Source of the DNA: Eledone cirrhosa
Taxonomy: Eukaryota
DNA: 64,000 nt
NCBI GenBank assembly: GCA_964016885.1
Contig: OZ024742.1
Location: 30,008,001-30,072,000 of the forward strand
Direction of reading: 5' to 3'
The notes under the pieces: generated by a model
Told to the model about the DNA's origin: nothing
Databases searched by the model: none
What the model saw: the letters and a program-made list of their open reading frames with translations, nothing else
Shown: positions 42,264 through 55,749 of the stretch, piece by piece
How the letters are laid out: every line of letters starts with the position of its first letter
How positions within the stretch are numbered: the first letter of the stretch is position 1
Position numbers and translations under genes: made by a program

Positions 42264-45200
42264 TAGCTGAACCTAGGCATTGCTTCAGGAATCATTGAAC
42301 ATATGATAGCAAACAAATTTTAATATATTTTATTAAATTTAATATATTTTTTATTTACTATTGTTTTAAGATATTTTCGTTTGTATTTTACAAAAATATT
42401 ATTGAAATCCACTGGAAATGTAAAGTGTTAGTAATTCCGTGCTTTTTATTGATTTTAGTTTTTACCTAAAGCTAGAACTGATATTAGAATTTCATGGATT
42501 CAAATATTTGGAAATTTAGGTTAAACTTGAATTAATTTGAAAATTAATTTTAATAGACCCAATTAATTAATCGCAATATAATAAAATTTGGGCAATATCG
42601 TGAGTTGGGTCCATATCAGGGGTTTGGGGTGGCGGCATGTCGGGAGTTTTGAGGCCATACCATATCGGCATTTTGGGGGTCATATCGCAGTTTTGAGGAT
42701 ATATCGGAGATGTTGGGACCATATCGGCGTTTTGGAGCCATATCGCAATTTGGGGGATATATCAGAGAGAGATATCAGGGGTTTGAACAATATCAGGTTT
42801 CGGGAGCAATATCGGAGGGTTTTGAGTCACACCGGGGGTTCAGGGCCTATAGCGGATTTGGGGTCATATCAGGGGTTTGGGTCCATATAAGGGATTTGGG
42901 ACATATCGCAGTTTGGGAACGTCGGGAGTCTTGAGATCTATCGGAGGTTTGAGGATATATCAGGGTTTGGGGGTGACATATCGTGGATTTGGGGCCATAT
43001 CGGGTGTTTAGGGCCATATCGAGTGTTTGGGCCATATCGGGTGTTTAGGGCCATATCGAGTGTTTGGGCCATATCGGGTGTTTGGGGCCAATCGGAGGGG
43101 TGTTGTACCCTCTCTGACGTATTATATACCGTCATCTGTTTTAACGCTAAGGAAAAGAATCTTTACAATACAAAAGTGATGTATTTTAATATTGTAACTC
43201 GTTGAGAGAGAGGAAGAAAGTAAGTTTTATATATTCAGAGAGGGAGAAGAGAGTAAGTAATATATATTGTGAGAGAGGGAAGAGAGTAAGTTAGATATAT
43301 TGAGAGAGGGAGACTAGAGTAAGTTATATATATTGAGAGAGGGGGAAGAGAGTAAATTACATATATTGAGAGAGGGGGAAGAAAGTTACATAGATTGAGA
43401 GGGGGTGAAGAGAGTAAGTTATATATATTGAGAGAGGGTGAAGTGAGTAAGCTATATATACTGAGAGAGGGGGAAGAGAGTAAGTTACATATACTGAGAG
43501 AGGGAGAAGAGAGTAAGTTATATATATTGAGGGAGGGCAATGAGAGTAAGTTATATATATTGAGAGAGGGGGAAGAGAGTAAGTTATGTATGTTGAGAGA
43601 GGGGGAAGAACACTATACTTAACTTACTCTTCCACCTCTCTCACTATAGGTAACTTACTTTCTTCCCCCTCTCTCAATATATATAACTTACTCTCTTCCC
43701 CCTCTCTCAAAATATGTAACTTCTCTCTTCCACCTCTCTCAATATATGTAACTTCTCTCTTCCCCCTCTTTCAATATATGTTACTCTCTCCCACCTCTCC
43801 CAATCTATATAACTTACTCTCTTCTTTCTCACGTTCTCAATATATATGACTCTCTCTCTCTCTTATCCTCTATCAATATACATAACTACTTTCTCCCACC
43901 TCTCTCAATATATGTAACTTACTCTCTTCCCTCTCTCTCAATATAAATGACACTCTCCCTTACCCCTCTCTCAATATATGTAATTTACTCTCTTCGCCCT
44001 CTCTAAATCTATATAACTTTCTTCGCCCTCTCTAAATCTATGTAAATTTCTACGCCCTCTCTCAATATATATAACTTACTCTCTTCCACCTCTCTCAATA
44101 CATGTAACTTACTCTCTTCCACCTCTCTCAATATATGTAACTTACTCTCTTCCACCTCTCTCAATATATATGCCTTTCTCTGTCTCTTCCCCCTCTCTCA
44201 ATATATATAACCTACTCCCTTCCCTCTCTCAATATATATGACTCTCTCTTCCCCCCTCTCTCAATATATATAACCTACTCTCATCGCCCTCTCTCAATCT
44301 ATGTAACTTTCTTCGCTCTCTCTCTCAATACATTTACCCGACTCACAAGAAAGCGGTAAATTGTTAATATAATGTCTTTCGTTTGTATATTTTTTTTTAA
44401 ATATTTTATAAGCTTTCTCCTACAATTTTTTTGCCCTTATTTCCTTCGTTCTCTTTGTTGATTTTCCTAAGTTTATTATTAATAATCTGTGACGAACGTG
44501 TTTTCTCTTCTCCCCACCAACAATTTCAATATTTACATTTTTTAACACCACGATATCTTACTTTCTTCTTACCTTTCTCCCTACCTGTTTCTCTATTCTT
44601 TCGTTACTTTCTTTGTGTGTCTCATGAGACATTTGTTGCTACAACAAGCCCAATACTTTCTCCTTTATGTCATATAAATTTCTATGTGTACCTGTTAGGG
44701 CTTACTTCTTATAATTTATTGTTTTGGTTTGTCTCTTAATCCACCAACAGCGCTTTGGCCTGTATCATACGCTGTGATCTTGGGTGGCCCAGCAGTACCG
44801 TAGATAGGATTCGAAACTGCCACAAGTCTATCAAAGCAGCTAAATACCTTAGAGTTCTGTATTTTTATTTGCCAAATTTCCCCTTCGAATTCTTTTTGGT
44901 TTTTCCTTCTTTTTGTTAATTATCTTCTCTTTGTTAATTTTCCGAGGTTTATTATTAAAATATATTATTGTCTTTGTATTGTAAAGGTTCTTTTCCTTCT
45001 TTACTGTTAAAACTGATGTCGATGTACAAAACACCTGATATAACCCAAAACCTCTGATATGGCACAAAACCCCTGATATGACCCAGAACCCCTGATATGG
45101 CACAAAACCCCTGATATGGCACAAAACTCCTGATATGACACAAAACCCCTGATATGACCCAAAACACCTGATATGGCACAAAACACCTGATATAGCATAA

Positions 45201-46684
45201 AACCCCTGATATGGCATAAAACCTCCGATATGGCACAAAACCCCTGATATGACCCAAAACCTCTGATATGGCACAAAACCCCTGCTATGGCACAAAACCC
45301 CTGATATGACCCAAAACCTCTGATATGGCACAAAACCCCTGATATGGCACAAAACCCCTGATATGGCACAAAACAACTGATATGACACAAAACACCCGAC
45401 ATCACCCAAAACTTTCTTACCTCCCTCACTATAGATATAACTGACTCTCTTTACCCCCTCACTCACTAAATGTATCTTACTCTCACCTCCCCCTAATTAT
45501 ATACATTACTGACTCTCTCAATACATGTGACTTACCCTCTTAAATATAAGAGATGGGAAAGGGAGTCAGGCATGTATATTGAGAGAGGTGGAAGAGAGTA
45601 AGATAAGTATACTGAGGGAGGTGGAAGAGAGTAAGATAAGTATACTGAGAGAGGGGGAAGAAAGTAAGTTAAGTATAGTGAGAGAGGTGGAAGAGAGTAA
45701 GTTAAGTATAGTGAGATAGGGGGGAAGAGAGTAAGTTAAGTATAGTGAGAGAGGGAGAAGAGAATAAGTTAAGTATAGTGAGATAGGGGGAGTAGAGTAA
45801 GTTAAGGATAGTGGGAGAGGTGGAAGAGAGTAAGTTAAGCATCGTGAAAGAGGGTGAAGAGAGTAAGTTAAGTATTGTAAGAGGGTGGGAGAGAGTAAGT
45901 TATGTATAGTGAGAGAGGTGGTAGAGAGTAAGTTATGTATTGTGAGAGAGGTGGGAGAGAGTAAGTTAAGTATTGTGAGAGAGGTGGGAGAGAGTAAGTT
46001 ATGTATAGTGAGAGAGGTGGTAGAGAGTAAGTTATGTATTGTGAGAGAGGTGGTAGAGAGTAAGTTATGTATTGTGAGAGAGGTGGGAGAGAGTAAGTTA
46101 AGTATCGTGAGAGAGGGGGAAGAGAGTAAAATAAGTATAGTGAGAGAGGTGGAAGAGAGTGAGTTGAGTATAGTGAAAGAGGGGGAAGAGAGTAAGATTA
46201 GTATAGTGAGAGAGGGGGAAGAGAGTAAGTTAAGAATAGTGAGAGAGGGGGAAGAGAGTAAGTTAAGTATAGTGAGAGAGGTGGAAGAGAGTAAGTTACA
46301 TATATTGAGAGAGAGGGAGGAGAGAATAAATTAGGTATAATGAGAGAGGGGGAAGAGAGTAAGTTATATATATTGAGTGAGGGAGGAGAGAGAAAGTTAA
46401 CTATAGTGAGGGAGGGGGAAGAGAGTAAGTTAAATATAATGAGAGAGGTGGGAGAGAGTAAGTTATATATAGTAAAGAGGTGGAAGGGAGTAAGTTAAGG
46501 ATTTTGAGAGAGGTGGAGGATTGTAAGTTAAGGATAGTGAGAGAGGGGGAAGAGAGTAAGTTACATATATTGAGAGAGGTGGAAGAAAGTAAGTTAAGTA
46601 TAGTGAGAGAGGGGGAAGAGAGTAAGTTACATATAGTGAGAGAGGGGGAAGAGAGTAAGTTACATATAGTTAGAGAGGGGGAAG
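42262..46684. repeat. Composite minisatellite region: ~20-bp (GGGGCCATATCGG..) and ~33-bp (GAGAGAGGGGGAAGAGAGTAAGTTATATATATT) arrays in alternating orientation; possibly Helitron-like
   Basis: Arrays at 42590-43100 (+), 43200-43612 (+), 43612-44340 (-), 45030-45415 (-) and 45560-46684 (+). The region begins TACTAGCTGAACCTAGGCATTGC after (TA)n. Confidence 0.7.
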
Positions 46685-46909
46685 ATTCGCACCGAATCTT
46701 GTGGACAAAAGATCTTGCAATTTTCAGAAAACGAGAAATTACTAAATCCCCATGTTTAGCCTTCAAAGCCACAACCACAGCGTGCCTTTTCATTTCATTA
46801 GTAAGCATAGTTATTTTCATTGTTATTTTCTGAAATGGAAGTTCAATAAAAATTAGTCAAATAAAATAATGACTAAAAATACATGTCCTCAAATACCGTA
46901 TGCACCCTG
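46685..46909 (-). mobile_element. Tc1/mariner-type DNA transposon 5' end with transposase N-terminus
   Basis: TA|CAGGGTG terminus; MKRHAVVVALKAKHGDLVISRFLKIARSFVHKIR is an HTH-like segment, truncated by the satellite. Confidence 0.75.
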
Positions 46910-46929
46910 TATATATATATATATATATA

Positions 46930-47039
46930 GGAAAAAGTATGACCCCTACGGCCTTTTTCCTATTACCCACTCTACTACCCTAAGTATTGAGTACTCTGGT
47001 GCGTTATAGTCCATCTGGTTCCTTACCACATCTCCTTCG

Positions 47040-47041
<2 letters not shown>
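46930..47041 (+). mobile_element. Mini two-ended PLE family A insertion
   Basis: Inverted GGAAAAAGTATGACCC joined to TTTTTCC plus the full tail; flanked by (TA)n. Confidence 0.8.
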
Positions 47042-47082
<41 letters not shown>

Positions 47083-47086
<4 letters not shown>

Positions 47087-47421
47087 TAAACGGAATAGAA
47101 AATGCTGACAAATTGTTCACAGTTGAAAAATGGTTTAATTAGGAATAAAAGAGTATTAGTGATTGTATGGGTTAGTATTCAGTTGTGGTTTTAAGTTTTT
47201 AAGTTTTTACCGGTTGCGCATTTCTAAATGCTTTTCAAAAATAATTTTGAGATAGAGTGTCCGTTCTGTTTGCTCTCCACAACTGAATACTAACCCATAC
47301 AATCACTAATACTCTTTTATTCCTAATTAAACCATTTTTCAACTGTGAACAATTTGTCAGCATTTTCTATTCCGTTTACCAATATATAATAACTTGTGTG
47401 TTACACCTCTATTCTTTTAAC
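47083..47421. mobile_element. Fold-back PLE terminal remnant: 106-bp inverted repeats (47083-47188 / 47277-47382) + ~40-nt tail
   Basis: The arms are reverse complements, and the sequence matches 37327-37518. Confidence 0.8.
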
Positions 47422-47949
47422 TATATATATATATATATACATACACACGAGGGTCTCATTCCATGAGAGCATCTTGGTCACCTTATGAACTTTTCAGCCA
47501 CTTCTCTCGTATAAACAATTCTCACTCGGTATGGTATATTACCATAGTTTTCTATATGTATTTTATGTTTGTTTTTGCTGCCTAGCAACTGCCATAGCAA
47601 ACATGGCAGAATTAACTACGTGTGCATGTAAGAATAAATTGAAACTGGACTACATACAATTTCTGATTGCTTTTCAAGTACTTTTGTGAAAACATATTTT
47701 TCAAATTTTTCAGTTTCATATGTTTATATCTTTATCTTTATATTTTCTTTTACTTCAAACTAATTTTTATAACCCTTCAATCATGGTTGATTATATTTTA
47801 TATAAAACTTCTATTATCATTTTTAATATTTTAACTCTTTAGGAAGTATCTACATCGGTTTCGATGATGAGCATTACAGTTATTCGAGCTGCGAAACTGC
47901 CTGCTCATGAAATTAATGTGTAAGTCGTTGAGCACGACACAGACATATA

Positions 47950-48350
47950 ATGTTTCTACTTTCGGCACAATGTCACCAATTTGAAAGAGAGGGGGAGAGT
48001 CGATTAAATCGATCCTAGAGCATTACTGGTACTTTATTTTATCGACCCAGTGAGGATAAAAGGCAAAGCTAACCTCGGCGGGATTTGAACTCAGAAACGT
48101 AAATGGCCGTAACTCTATGCCGAGAAGCATGATATCCGACGTCTACCAATACTGCTAATCCACTTCCCTGTTTCTATATTAGGCACATGGTCAGAAATTT
48201 GAAGGGGAGGGGAAAAGTCGATTAAATCGACCCCAGTGCATTACTGGTACTTTATCGACCCTAGGCAAAGCTAACCTCGGTGGGATTTTAACTCAGAACG
48301 CAAAGGGCCATAACTCAATGCTACAAAGCATGTTGTCCGACACTCTACCA
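47950..48350 (-). mobile_element. Two tandem family-1 SINEs
   Basis: GGGATTTGAACTCAG and ATCGACCCC motifs each occur twice. Confidence 0.8.
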
Positions 48351-48849
48351 ATTAATAGTAACATTGTTATATCTCACTGTCTTCTATCTGTTCCATGTAG
48401 TTATGTGTGAAGTGTTACTAGTGAATGTGGATATATACAGTAGTTTAATAACGAATGTCTTATTCCATCATTTACTCATTCGTTTATTCCTATATTCCGT
48501 TATTCACTTTATTCGATGAGAACAATCGTTTCTAGGACTACACAAGGTAAAAGGTCCATAACTTTGTGTCGCCAAGCGTTGTGTCGGGCGCTCCACAGAT
48601 ACTGGTAATCCACCACATTAAGTATACATATAATGTAATACTCAGGGAGATTCTGCGTGCCACAGTACGCGACAACGCTAGATATTTGAATTACTAGAAT
48701 TTTTTTCAACACGCTGACGCGTATGTGTAAATGTGTGTATGTGTGTATGTGCATATGCATACATTTATATGAATGAGTATATAAATATAAACATGCAAAC
48801 ACAGACATTCAAAAATACACACGCACAGACATGCGTTCACAGTTAAAAT

Positions 48850-49220
48850 ACACATACATTCACAAAAACACACACATACACATACACTTATACACAGCGT
48901 AGCAAATGAAACGCCGGCTGCTGTTTTGCTCTAGCTTTTACACCACCCCCTTCCTTATTTTTACACACACATACATTCACACAAGCACACACATACACTT
49001 ATACACAGCGTAGCAAATGAAACGCCGGCTGCTGTTTTGCTCTGGGTTTTTTACCACCCTTTTCCTTATTTTTACACACACATACATTCACACAAACACA
49101 CTCATACATTCATACACAGCGCAGCAAATGGAACGCCTGCTGCTTTTTTGCTCTAGTATTTTCACACACACACACCCTTCCTTATTTTTACACACACATA
49201 CATTCACACAAACACACACA
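48850..49220. repeat. ~111-bp tandem repeat, about 3.3 copies
   Basis: CAGCGTAGCAAATG-type motif at 48895, 49006 and 49117. Confidence 0.85.
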
Positions 49221-49456
49221 CATTGTGTAACGGACGGAAGTCGCTCAAATTTATATATAGACTGTTACTGTCCATGAGTCAGGCTTCCGAACACTTTCCT
49301 TCTCTCTGGTTTCACTGACAAGACATGGGTCGACCCAGGGATGTTGTAAATTACATTGCCCGAGATGTCATGCAGTCGGATCGAACCAGGAAGCTAATGA
49401 TTGAGAAAAGAGTTTTTAAATATCCGATTATGTTGCCTCTACACTAAACCAAGAAA

Positions 49457-51625
49457 TGGTATGGTACTATATGGTACCGTAACTCCTGATGGAGTGGTAG
49501 TGGTGCCGTAGTAGTGGTATAGTACTATATGGTACCGTAACTCCTGATAGAGTGGTAGTGGTGCCGTAGTAGTTGTATAGTACTATATGGTACCGTAACT
49601 CCTGATGGAGTGGTAGTGGTGCCGTAGTAGTGGTATGGTACTATATGGTACCGTAACTCCTGATGGAATGGTAGTGGTGCCGTAGTAGTAGTATGGTACT
49701 ATATGGTACCGTAACTCCTGATGGAGTGGTAGTGGTGCCGTAGTAGTGGTATGGTACTATATGGTACCGTGACCCCTGATGGAGTGGTAGTGGTGCCGTA
49801 GTAGTGGTATGGTACTATATGGTACTGTGACATCTGATGGAGTGGTAGTGGTGCCGTAGTAGTGGTATAGTACTATATGGTACCGTGACACCTGATGGAG
49901 TGGTAGTGGTGCCGTAGTAGTGGTATGGTACTATATGGTACCGTGACACCTGATGGAGTGGTAGTGGTGCCGTAGTAGTGGTATGGTACTATATGGTACC
50001 GTGACCCCTGATGGAGTGGTAGTGGTGCCGTAGTAGTGGTATGGTACTATATGGTACCGTGACACCTGATGGAGTGGTAGTGGTGCCGTAGTAGTGGTAT
50101 GGTACTATATGGTACCGTGACACCTGATGGGGTGGTAGTGGTGCCGTAGTAGTGGTATGGTACTATATGGTACTGTGACACCTGATGGAGTGGTAGTGGT
50201 GCCGTAGTAGTGGTATGGTACTATATGGTACCGTGACACCTGATGGGGTGGTAGTGGTGCCGTAGTAGTGGTATGGTACTATATGGTACTGTGACATCTG
50301 ATGGAGTGGTAGTGGTGCCGTAGTAGTGGTATGGTACTATATGGTACTGTGACATCTGATGGAGTGGTAGTGGTGCCGTAGTAGTGGTATGGTACTATAT
50401 GGTACCGTGACACCTGATGGGGTGGTAGTGGTGCCGTAGTAGTGGTATGGTACTATATGGTACTGTGACACCTGATGGAGTGGTAGTGGTGCCGTAGTAG
50501 TGGTATGGTACTATATGGTACTGTGACACCTGATGGAGTGGTGCCGTAGTGGTGGTATGGTACTATATGGTACCGTAACTCCTGATGGAGTGGTAGTGGT
50601 GCCGTAGTAGTGGTATGGTACTATATGGTACCGTAACTCCTGATGGAGTGGTAGTGGTGCCGTAGTAGTGGTATGGTACTATATGGTACCGTGACACCTG
50701 ATGGAGTGGTTCCGTAGTAGTGGTATGGTACTATATGGTACTGTGACACCTGATGGAGTGGTAGTGGTGCCGTAGTAGTGGTATGGTACTATATTGTACC
50801 GTGACACCTGATGGAGTGGTAGTGGTGCCGTAGTAGTGGTATGGTACTATATGGTACTGTGACACCTGATGGAGTGGTAGTGGTGCCGTAGTAGTGGTAT
50901 GGTACTATATGGTACCGTGACACCTGATGGGGTGGTAGTGGTGCCGTAGTAGTGGTATGGTACTATATGGTACCGTGACACCTGATGGAGTGGTAGTGGT
51001 GCCGTAGTAGTGGTATGGTACTATATGGTACCGTGACACCTGATGGAGTGGTAGTGGTGCCGCAGTAGTGGTATGGTACTATATTGTACTGTGACACCTG
51101 ATGGAGTGGTAGTGGTGCCGTAGTAGTGGTATGGTACTATATGGTACCGTAACTCCTGATGGAGTGGTAGTGGTGCCGTAGTAGTGGTATGGTACTATAT
51201 TGTACCGTGACACCTGATGGAGTGGTAGTGGTGCCGCAGTAGTGGTATGGTACTATATTGTACTGTGACACCTGATGGAGTGGTAGTGGTGCCGTAGTAG
51301 TGGTATGGTACTATATTGTACTGTGACACCTGATGGAGTGGTAGTGGTGCCGTAGTAGTGGTATGGTACTATATGGTACCGTAACTCCTGATGGAGTGGT
51401 AGTGGTGCCGTAGTAGTGGTATGGTACTATATTGTACTGTGACACCTGATGGAGTGGTAGTGGTGCCGTAGTGGTGGTATGGTACTATATTGTACTGTGA
51501 CACCTGATGGAGTGGTAGTGGTGCCGTAGTAGTGGTATGGTACTATATGGTACCGTAACTCCTGATGGAGTGGTAGTGGTGCCGTAGTGGTGGTATGGTA
51601 TGATATGATATCGTGACACCTGATG
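49457..51625. repeat. 58-bp minisatellite, about 37 copies
   Basis: Unit GTGGTATGGTACTATATGGTACCGTGACACCTGATGGAGTGGTAGTGGTGCCGTAGTA. Confidence 0.95.
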
Positions 51626-51703
51626 AAGTCGTAGAGAAGCTGTAGTGGCATGAGGTGTTTCTTGGGCATTTTAAGCTTGGCGGAGCCCATCTTCTCTCCA
51701 CGT
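51620..51703 (-). CDS. Candidate 84-nt internal host exon (RGEKMGSAKLKMPKKHLMPLQLLYDFI); gene not recognised
   Basis: Acceptor CTGTGTTCAG|, donor CAG|GTGTCA, open frame, symmetric phase 2-2, and unique complex sequence amid repeats. Confidence 0.55.
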
Positions 51704-51769
51704 CTGAACACAGCAGATTTCTTCCAGAGAAAGATGGAGAGAGAGAGGAAGTAGTGAGAAGAAGAGGAA

Positions 51770-52190
51770 TTGACCCAGTATTAGATGGTACTTTTTAATT
51801 GACCTCGAAAGGATGGAAGGCAAAGTTGACCTACGCGAGATTTGAACGCAATGAGCTGAAACAAATACCACAAATCCCTCTACACAACGTGCTAACCACT
51901 TTGCCAATCCGCCACTTTCTTTACTCAACAAGTAAGACATTTTAAAACATTTTAAATATTTGAATTGTCAGAACTGATAGAGCTTTGGGAGAAAATGTGT
52001 TGCAGTATTTGTATTGACTTAGTGGTTAGAGCGTTGGACTTGCAATTCAGAAGCTGTGAGTTCGATTCTCGGACCGGCTGATGCGTTGTGTCCTTGAGTT
52101 AGATACTTTATTTCACGTTGTTCCAGTTTATTCCACTGTAGAAATGAGTTGTGACGTAAGTGGTGCCAAGTTCTATCGGTCATTGCCTTT
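51770..52190. mobile_element. Diverged SINEs (family 1-like minus at 51770-51915; family 2-like plus at 52018-52190)
   Basis: A/B boxes and body motifs. Confidence 0.7.
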
Positions 52191-52271
52191 CTTTTGGACA
52201 ACATCGATGGCGTGGAGAGGGGAGACTGGTGGTATGTATGGGAGACTACTGGTCTTCCACAAACAAATCTT

Positions 52272-55140
52272 GTCACCACCACTACCACGACTATCGCCAA
52301 TACTACTATCACCACCACCACTACAACCACCACCACATACCACAACCACCTACAACACGACCACCACCACCAACACCAACACCACCACTACAACCACCAC
52401 CAACACATACTACAACCACCAACACCTACAACACGACCATCACCACCACCAACAACAACACCTACAACACGACCACCACCACCGCCACCACCACCACCAA
52501 CAACAACACCTACAACACGACCACCACCACCGCCACCACCACCACCACCAACAACAACAACACCTACAACACGACTACCACCAACACCGTCTCAATTATT
52601 AATAATATTACTTTATTTACGTAATTTTCAATTCGTTAATTATTAAACACTTGAATCATTTTAATTGATATATGTTGTTGTTGTTGTTACTGTCGTTGTT
52701 GTTGTTGTTACTGTCATTGTTGTTGTTGTTGTTACTTAATACCAGTATTATTATTACTGTTGTTACTTTTGTTATTGTTGTTGTTACTGTTGTTGTTACT
52801 GTTGTTATCCTTATTGCTGTTGTTACTGTTGTTGTTGTTGTTGTTACTGTTGTTGTTGTTGTTACTGTTATTGTTGTTACTGTCGTTGTTGTTGTTGTTG
52901 TTACTGTTATTGTTGTTACTGTTGTTGTTGTTACTGTCGTTGTTGTTGTTGTTACTGTCGTTGTTGTTGTTGTTGTTACTGTTGTTGTTGTTGTTGTTAC
53001 TGTTGTTACTGTCGTTGTTGTTGTTGTTACTGTTGTTGTTGTTGTTGTTGTTGTTACTGTCGTTGTTACTGTTGTTACTGTCGTTGTTGTTGTTACTGTC
53101 GTTGTTGTTGTTGTTACTGTCGTTGTTGTTGTTGTTGTTGTTACTGTCGTTGTTGTTGTTGTTGTTACTGTCATTGTTGTTGTTGTTACTGTCGTTGTTG
53201 TTGTTGTTACTGTCGTTGTTGTTGTTGTTGTTACTGTCGTCGTTGTTGTTGTTGTTACTGTCGTTGTTGTTGTTGTTACTGTCGTTGTTGTTGTTGTTAC
53301 TGTCGTTGTTGTTGTTGTTACTGTCGTTGTTGTTGTTGTTGTTACTGTCGTTGTTGTTACTGTCATTGTTGTTGTTGTTGTTACTGTCGTTGTTGTTGTT
53401 GTTGTTACTGTCGTTGTTGTTGTTGTTGTTACTGTCGTTGTTGTTGTTACTGTCGTTGTTGTTGTTGTTGTTACTGTCGTTGTTGTTGTTGTTACTGTCA
53501 TTATTGTTGTTGTTGTTACTGTCGTTGTTGTTGTTGTTACTGTCGTTGTTGTTGTTGTTGTTGTTACTGTCGTTGTTGTTGTTGTTACTGTCATTGTTGT
53601 TGTTGTTGTTGTTACTGTCGTTGTTGTTGTTGTTACTGTCATTGTTGTTGTTGTTGTTACTGTCGTTGTTGTTGTTGTTACTGTCATTGTTGTTGTTGTT
53701 GTTGTTACTGTCATTGTTGTTGTTGTTGTTGTTGTTACTGTCGTTGTTGTTGTTGTTGTTGTTGTCATTGTTGTTGTTGTTGTTGTTACTGTCGTTGTTG
53801 TTGTTGTTGTTACTGTCGTTGTTGTTGTTGTTGTTACTGTCGTTGTTGTTGTTGTTACTGTCGTTGTTGTTGTTGTTACTGTCGTTGTTGTTGTTGTTGT
53901 TACTGTCGTTGTTGTTGTTGTTGTTACTGTCATTGTTATTGTTGTTGTTGTTACTGTCGTTGTTGTTGTTGTTGTTACTGTCATTGTTGTTGTTGTTGTT
54001 ACTGTCATTGTTGTTGTTGTTGTTGTTACTGTCGTTGTTGTTGTTGTTGTTACTGTCATTGTTGTTGTTGTTGTTGTTACTGTCGTTGTTGTTGTTGTTG
54101 TTACTGTCATTGTTGTTGTTGTTGTTACTGTCGTTGTTGTTGTTGTTGTTACTGTCGTTGTTGTTGTTGTTGTTACTGTCGTTGTTGTTGTTGTTGTTGT
54201 TACTGTCGTTGTTGTTGTTGTTGTTACTGTCATTGTTGTTGTTGTTGTTGTTACTGTCGTTGTTGTTGTTGTTGTAGTTACTGTCATTGTTGTTGTTGTT
54301 GTTGTTACTGTCATTGTTGTTGTTGTTGTTACTGTCGTTGTTGTTGTTGTTGTTACTGTCATTGTTGTTGTTGTTGTTGTTGTTACTGTCGTTGTTGTTG
54401 TTGTTGTCTTATTATTTAATAAATCTAATATTTGTGATATTTCTCCCAATATATTTCTTGTTTTCTGTTTATTGTGTTTCAATGAGAAAATTAAATTTTC
54501 GCTTCAATTCTTCAAAATAGTATTTACTTTTTCCTGTTGGTTTATATTGCTGTTGTTGTTGTGGTGGTGGTGATGGTGTGGTGGTGGTGGTGGTGGTGGT
54601 GGTGGTGGTGGTGGTGGTGGTGGTGGTGGTGGTGGTGGTGGTGGTGGTGGTGGTGGTGGTGGTGGTGTTGGTGGTGGTGGTGGTGATGGTGTGGTTGTGG
54701 TGGTGGTGGTGGTGGTGGTGTGGTGGTGGTGGTGGTGGTGGTGGTGGTAGTAGTAGTGGTGGTTGTGGTGGTGGTGGTGGTGGTGGTGGTGGTGGTGGTG
54801 GTGGTGGTGGTGGTGATGGTGTGGTGGTGGTGGTGGTGGTGGTGGTGGTAGTAGAGGTGGTGGTGGTGGTGGTGGTGTGGTGGTGGTGGTGGTGGTGGTG
54901 GTGGTAGTAGTGGTGGTGGTGGTGGTGGTGGTGGTGGTGGTGGTGGTGGAGGTGGCGGTGTTGGCCATGGTGTGATGGTGTTGGTGTGGTGGTGGTCATG
55001 GTGGTGGTGGTGTTGGCCATGGTGTGATGGTGATGATGTTGGTGGTGAGATTGTTGTTGCTGTGGTGGTGAGGTTGTTGTTGCTGTGGTGGTGTTGGTAG
55101 TCCATGTTGTGAACTGGGTTGTTGTTGTTGTTGGTGTTGC
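52272..55140. repeat. Trinucleotide arrays: (ACC/AAC), (GTT)n punctuated by ACTGTC (52672-54408), (GGT)n
   Basis: Seen directly; the poly-T/V/L/H/P ORFs are artefacts. Confidence 0.95.
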
Positions 55141-55199
55141 GGTGACAGTTCCCGGCTGCTCGCTAAACGTCGGGCGGTTCATGATTGGTGGTGTACCTG

Positions 55200-55703
55200 A
55201 GTCGCCCCTGGGTGGTTCGGCCCCTCTTTGGGAATTTATTTTGTTTTTATATATTTTATATATTTTATATTTTTATATATTTTCATTGTTAATTGTTTTT
55301 CACTCAATTTCATTGTAGCCCCCCCACCACCACCACCACCACCACCACACAGACACACTCACACCACCACCACTGTCCCTGTCTTTTTATTGTCCCCAAT
55401 ATGTCGGCCCTTGTGGCCAATAAATGAAACAATTATTATTATTATTATTATTAAAGGTGGAAAACTGGGAGAGGGCACTTGCCCTGGTGGTCAGGGTCAC
55501 TGTGGCTTTTTAATGGGCTTTCTCCACGAATGTCCCTCGGAAGTCTCCCCCCTATTGGGGAATTTTTTCATTGTTCTATTATTACATCCTCTGTTTTTTG
55601 TTTTTTTACACGCAAAAATGCCCTTTTGTACTGTTGTCCTGTATTGTCCTGTACTGTCCTTAATGTCTACTTTGTGTAAACCCTTGTGGTTAATAAAGAA
55701 AGC
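55200..55703 (+). mobile_element. Two LINE 3' UTR fragments (probably L1/Tx1), each ending AATAAA..(ATT)n
   Basis: CCCTTGTGG..AATAAA-GAAA then (ATT)n at 55432 and 55703. 55452-55703 recurs at 58975-59220. The Tx1 assignment is inference. Confidence 0.55.
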
Positions 55704-55749
55704 ATTATTGTTATTATTATTATTATTAGTATTATTATTAATAATATTA

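Noticed and set aside
47855-47912. TGATGA-GCA...TGC-GAAAC hammerhead-like motif
   Set aside because: C3 is missing and stems I and III pair poorly; at best a decayed remnant.
48509-48688. Possible minus-strand host exon (VVAYCGTQNLPEYY...)
   Set aside because: Weak acceptor, no clear donor and no recognisable protein; it cannot be supported from sequence alone.
49457-51625. CRISPR-like array
   Set aside because: Contiguous tandem units without unique spacers, eukaryotic context and no cas genes.
54940-55197. Possible exon TPPIMNRPTFSEQPGTVTAT...
   Set aside because: No polypyrimidine tract, it merges into (GGT)n, and it abuts a LINE 3' fragment.
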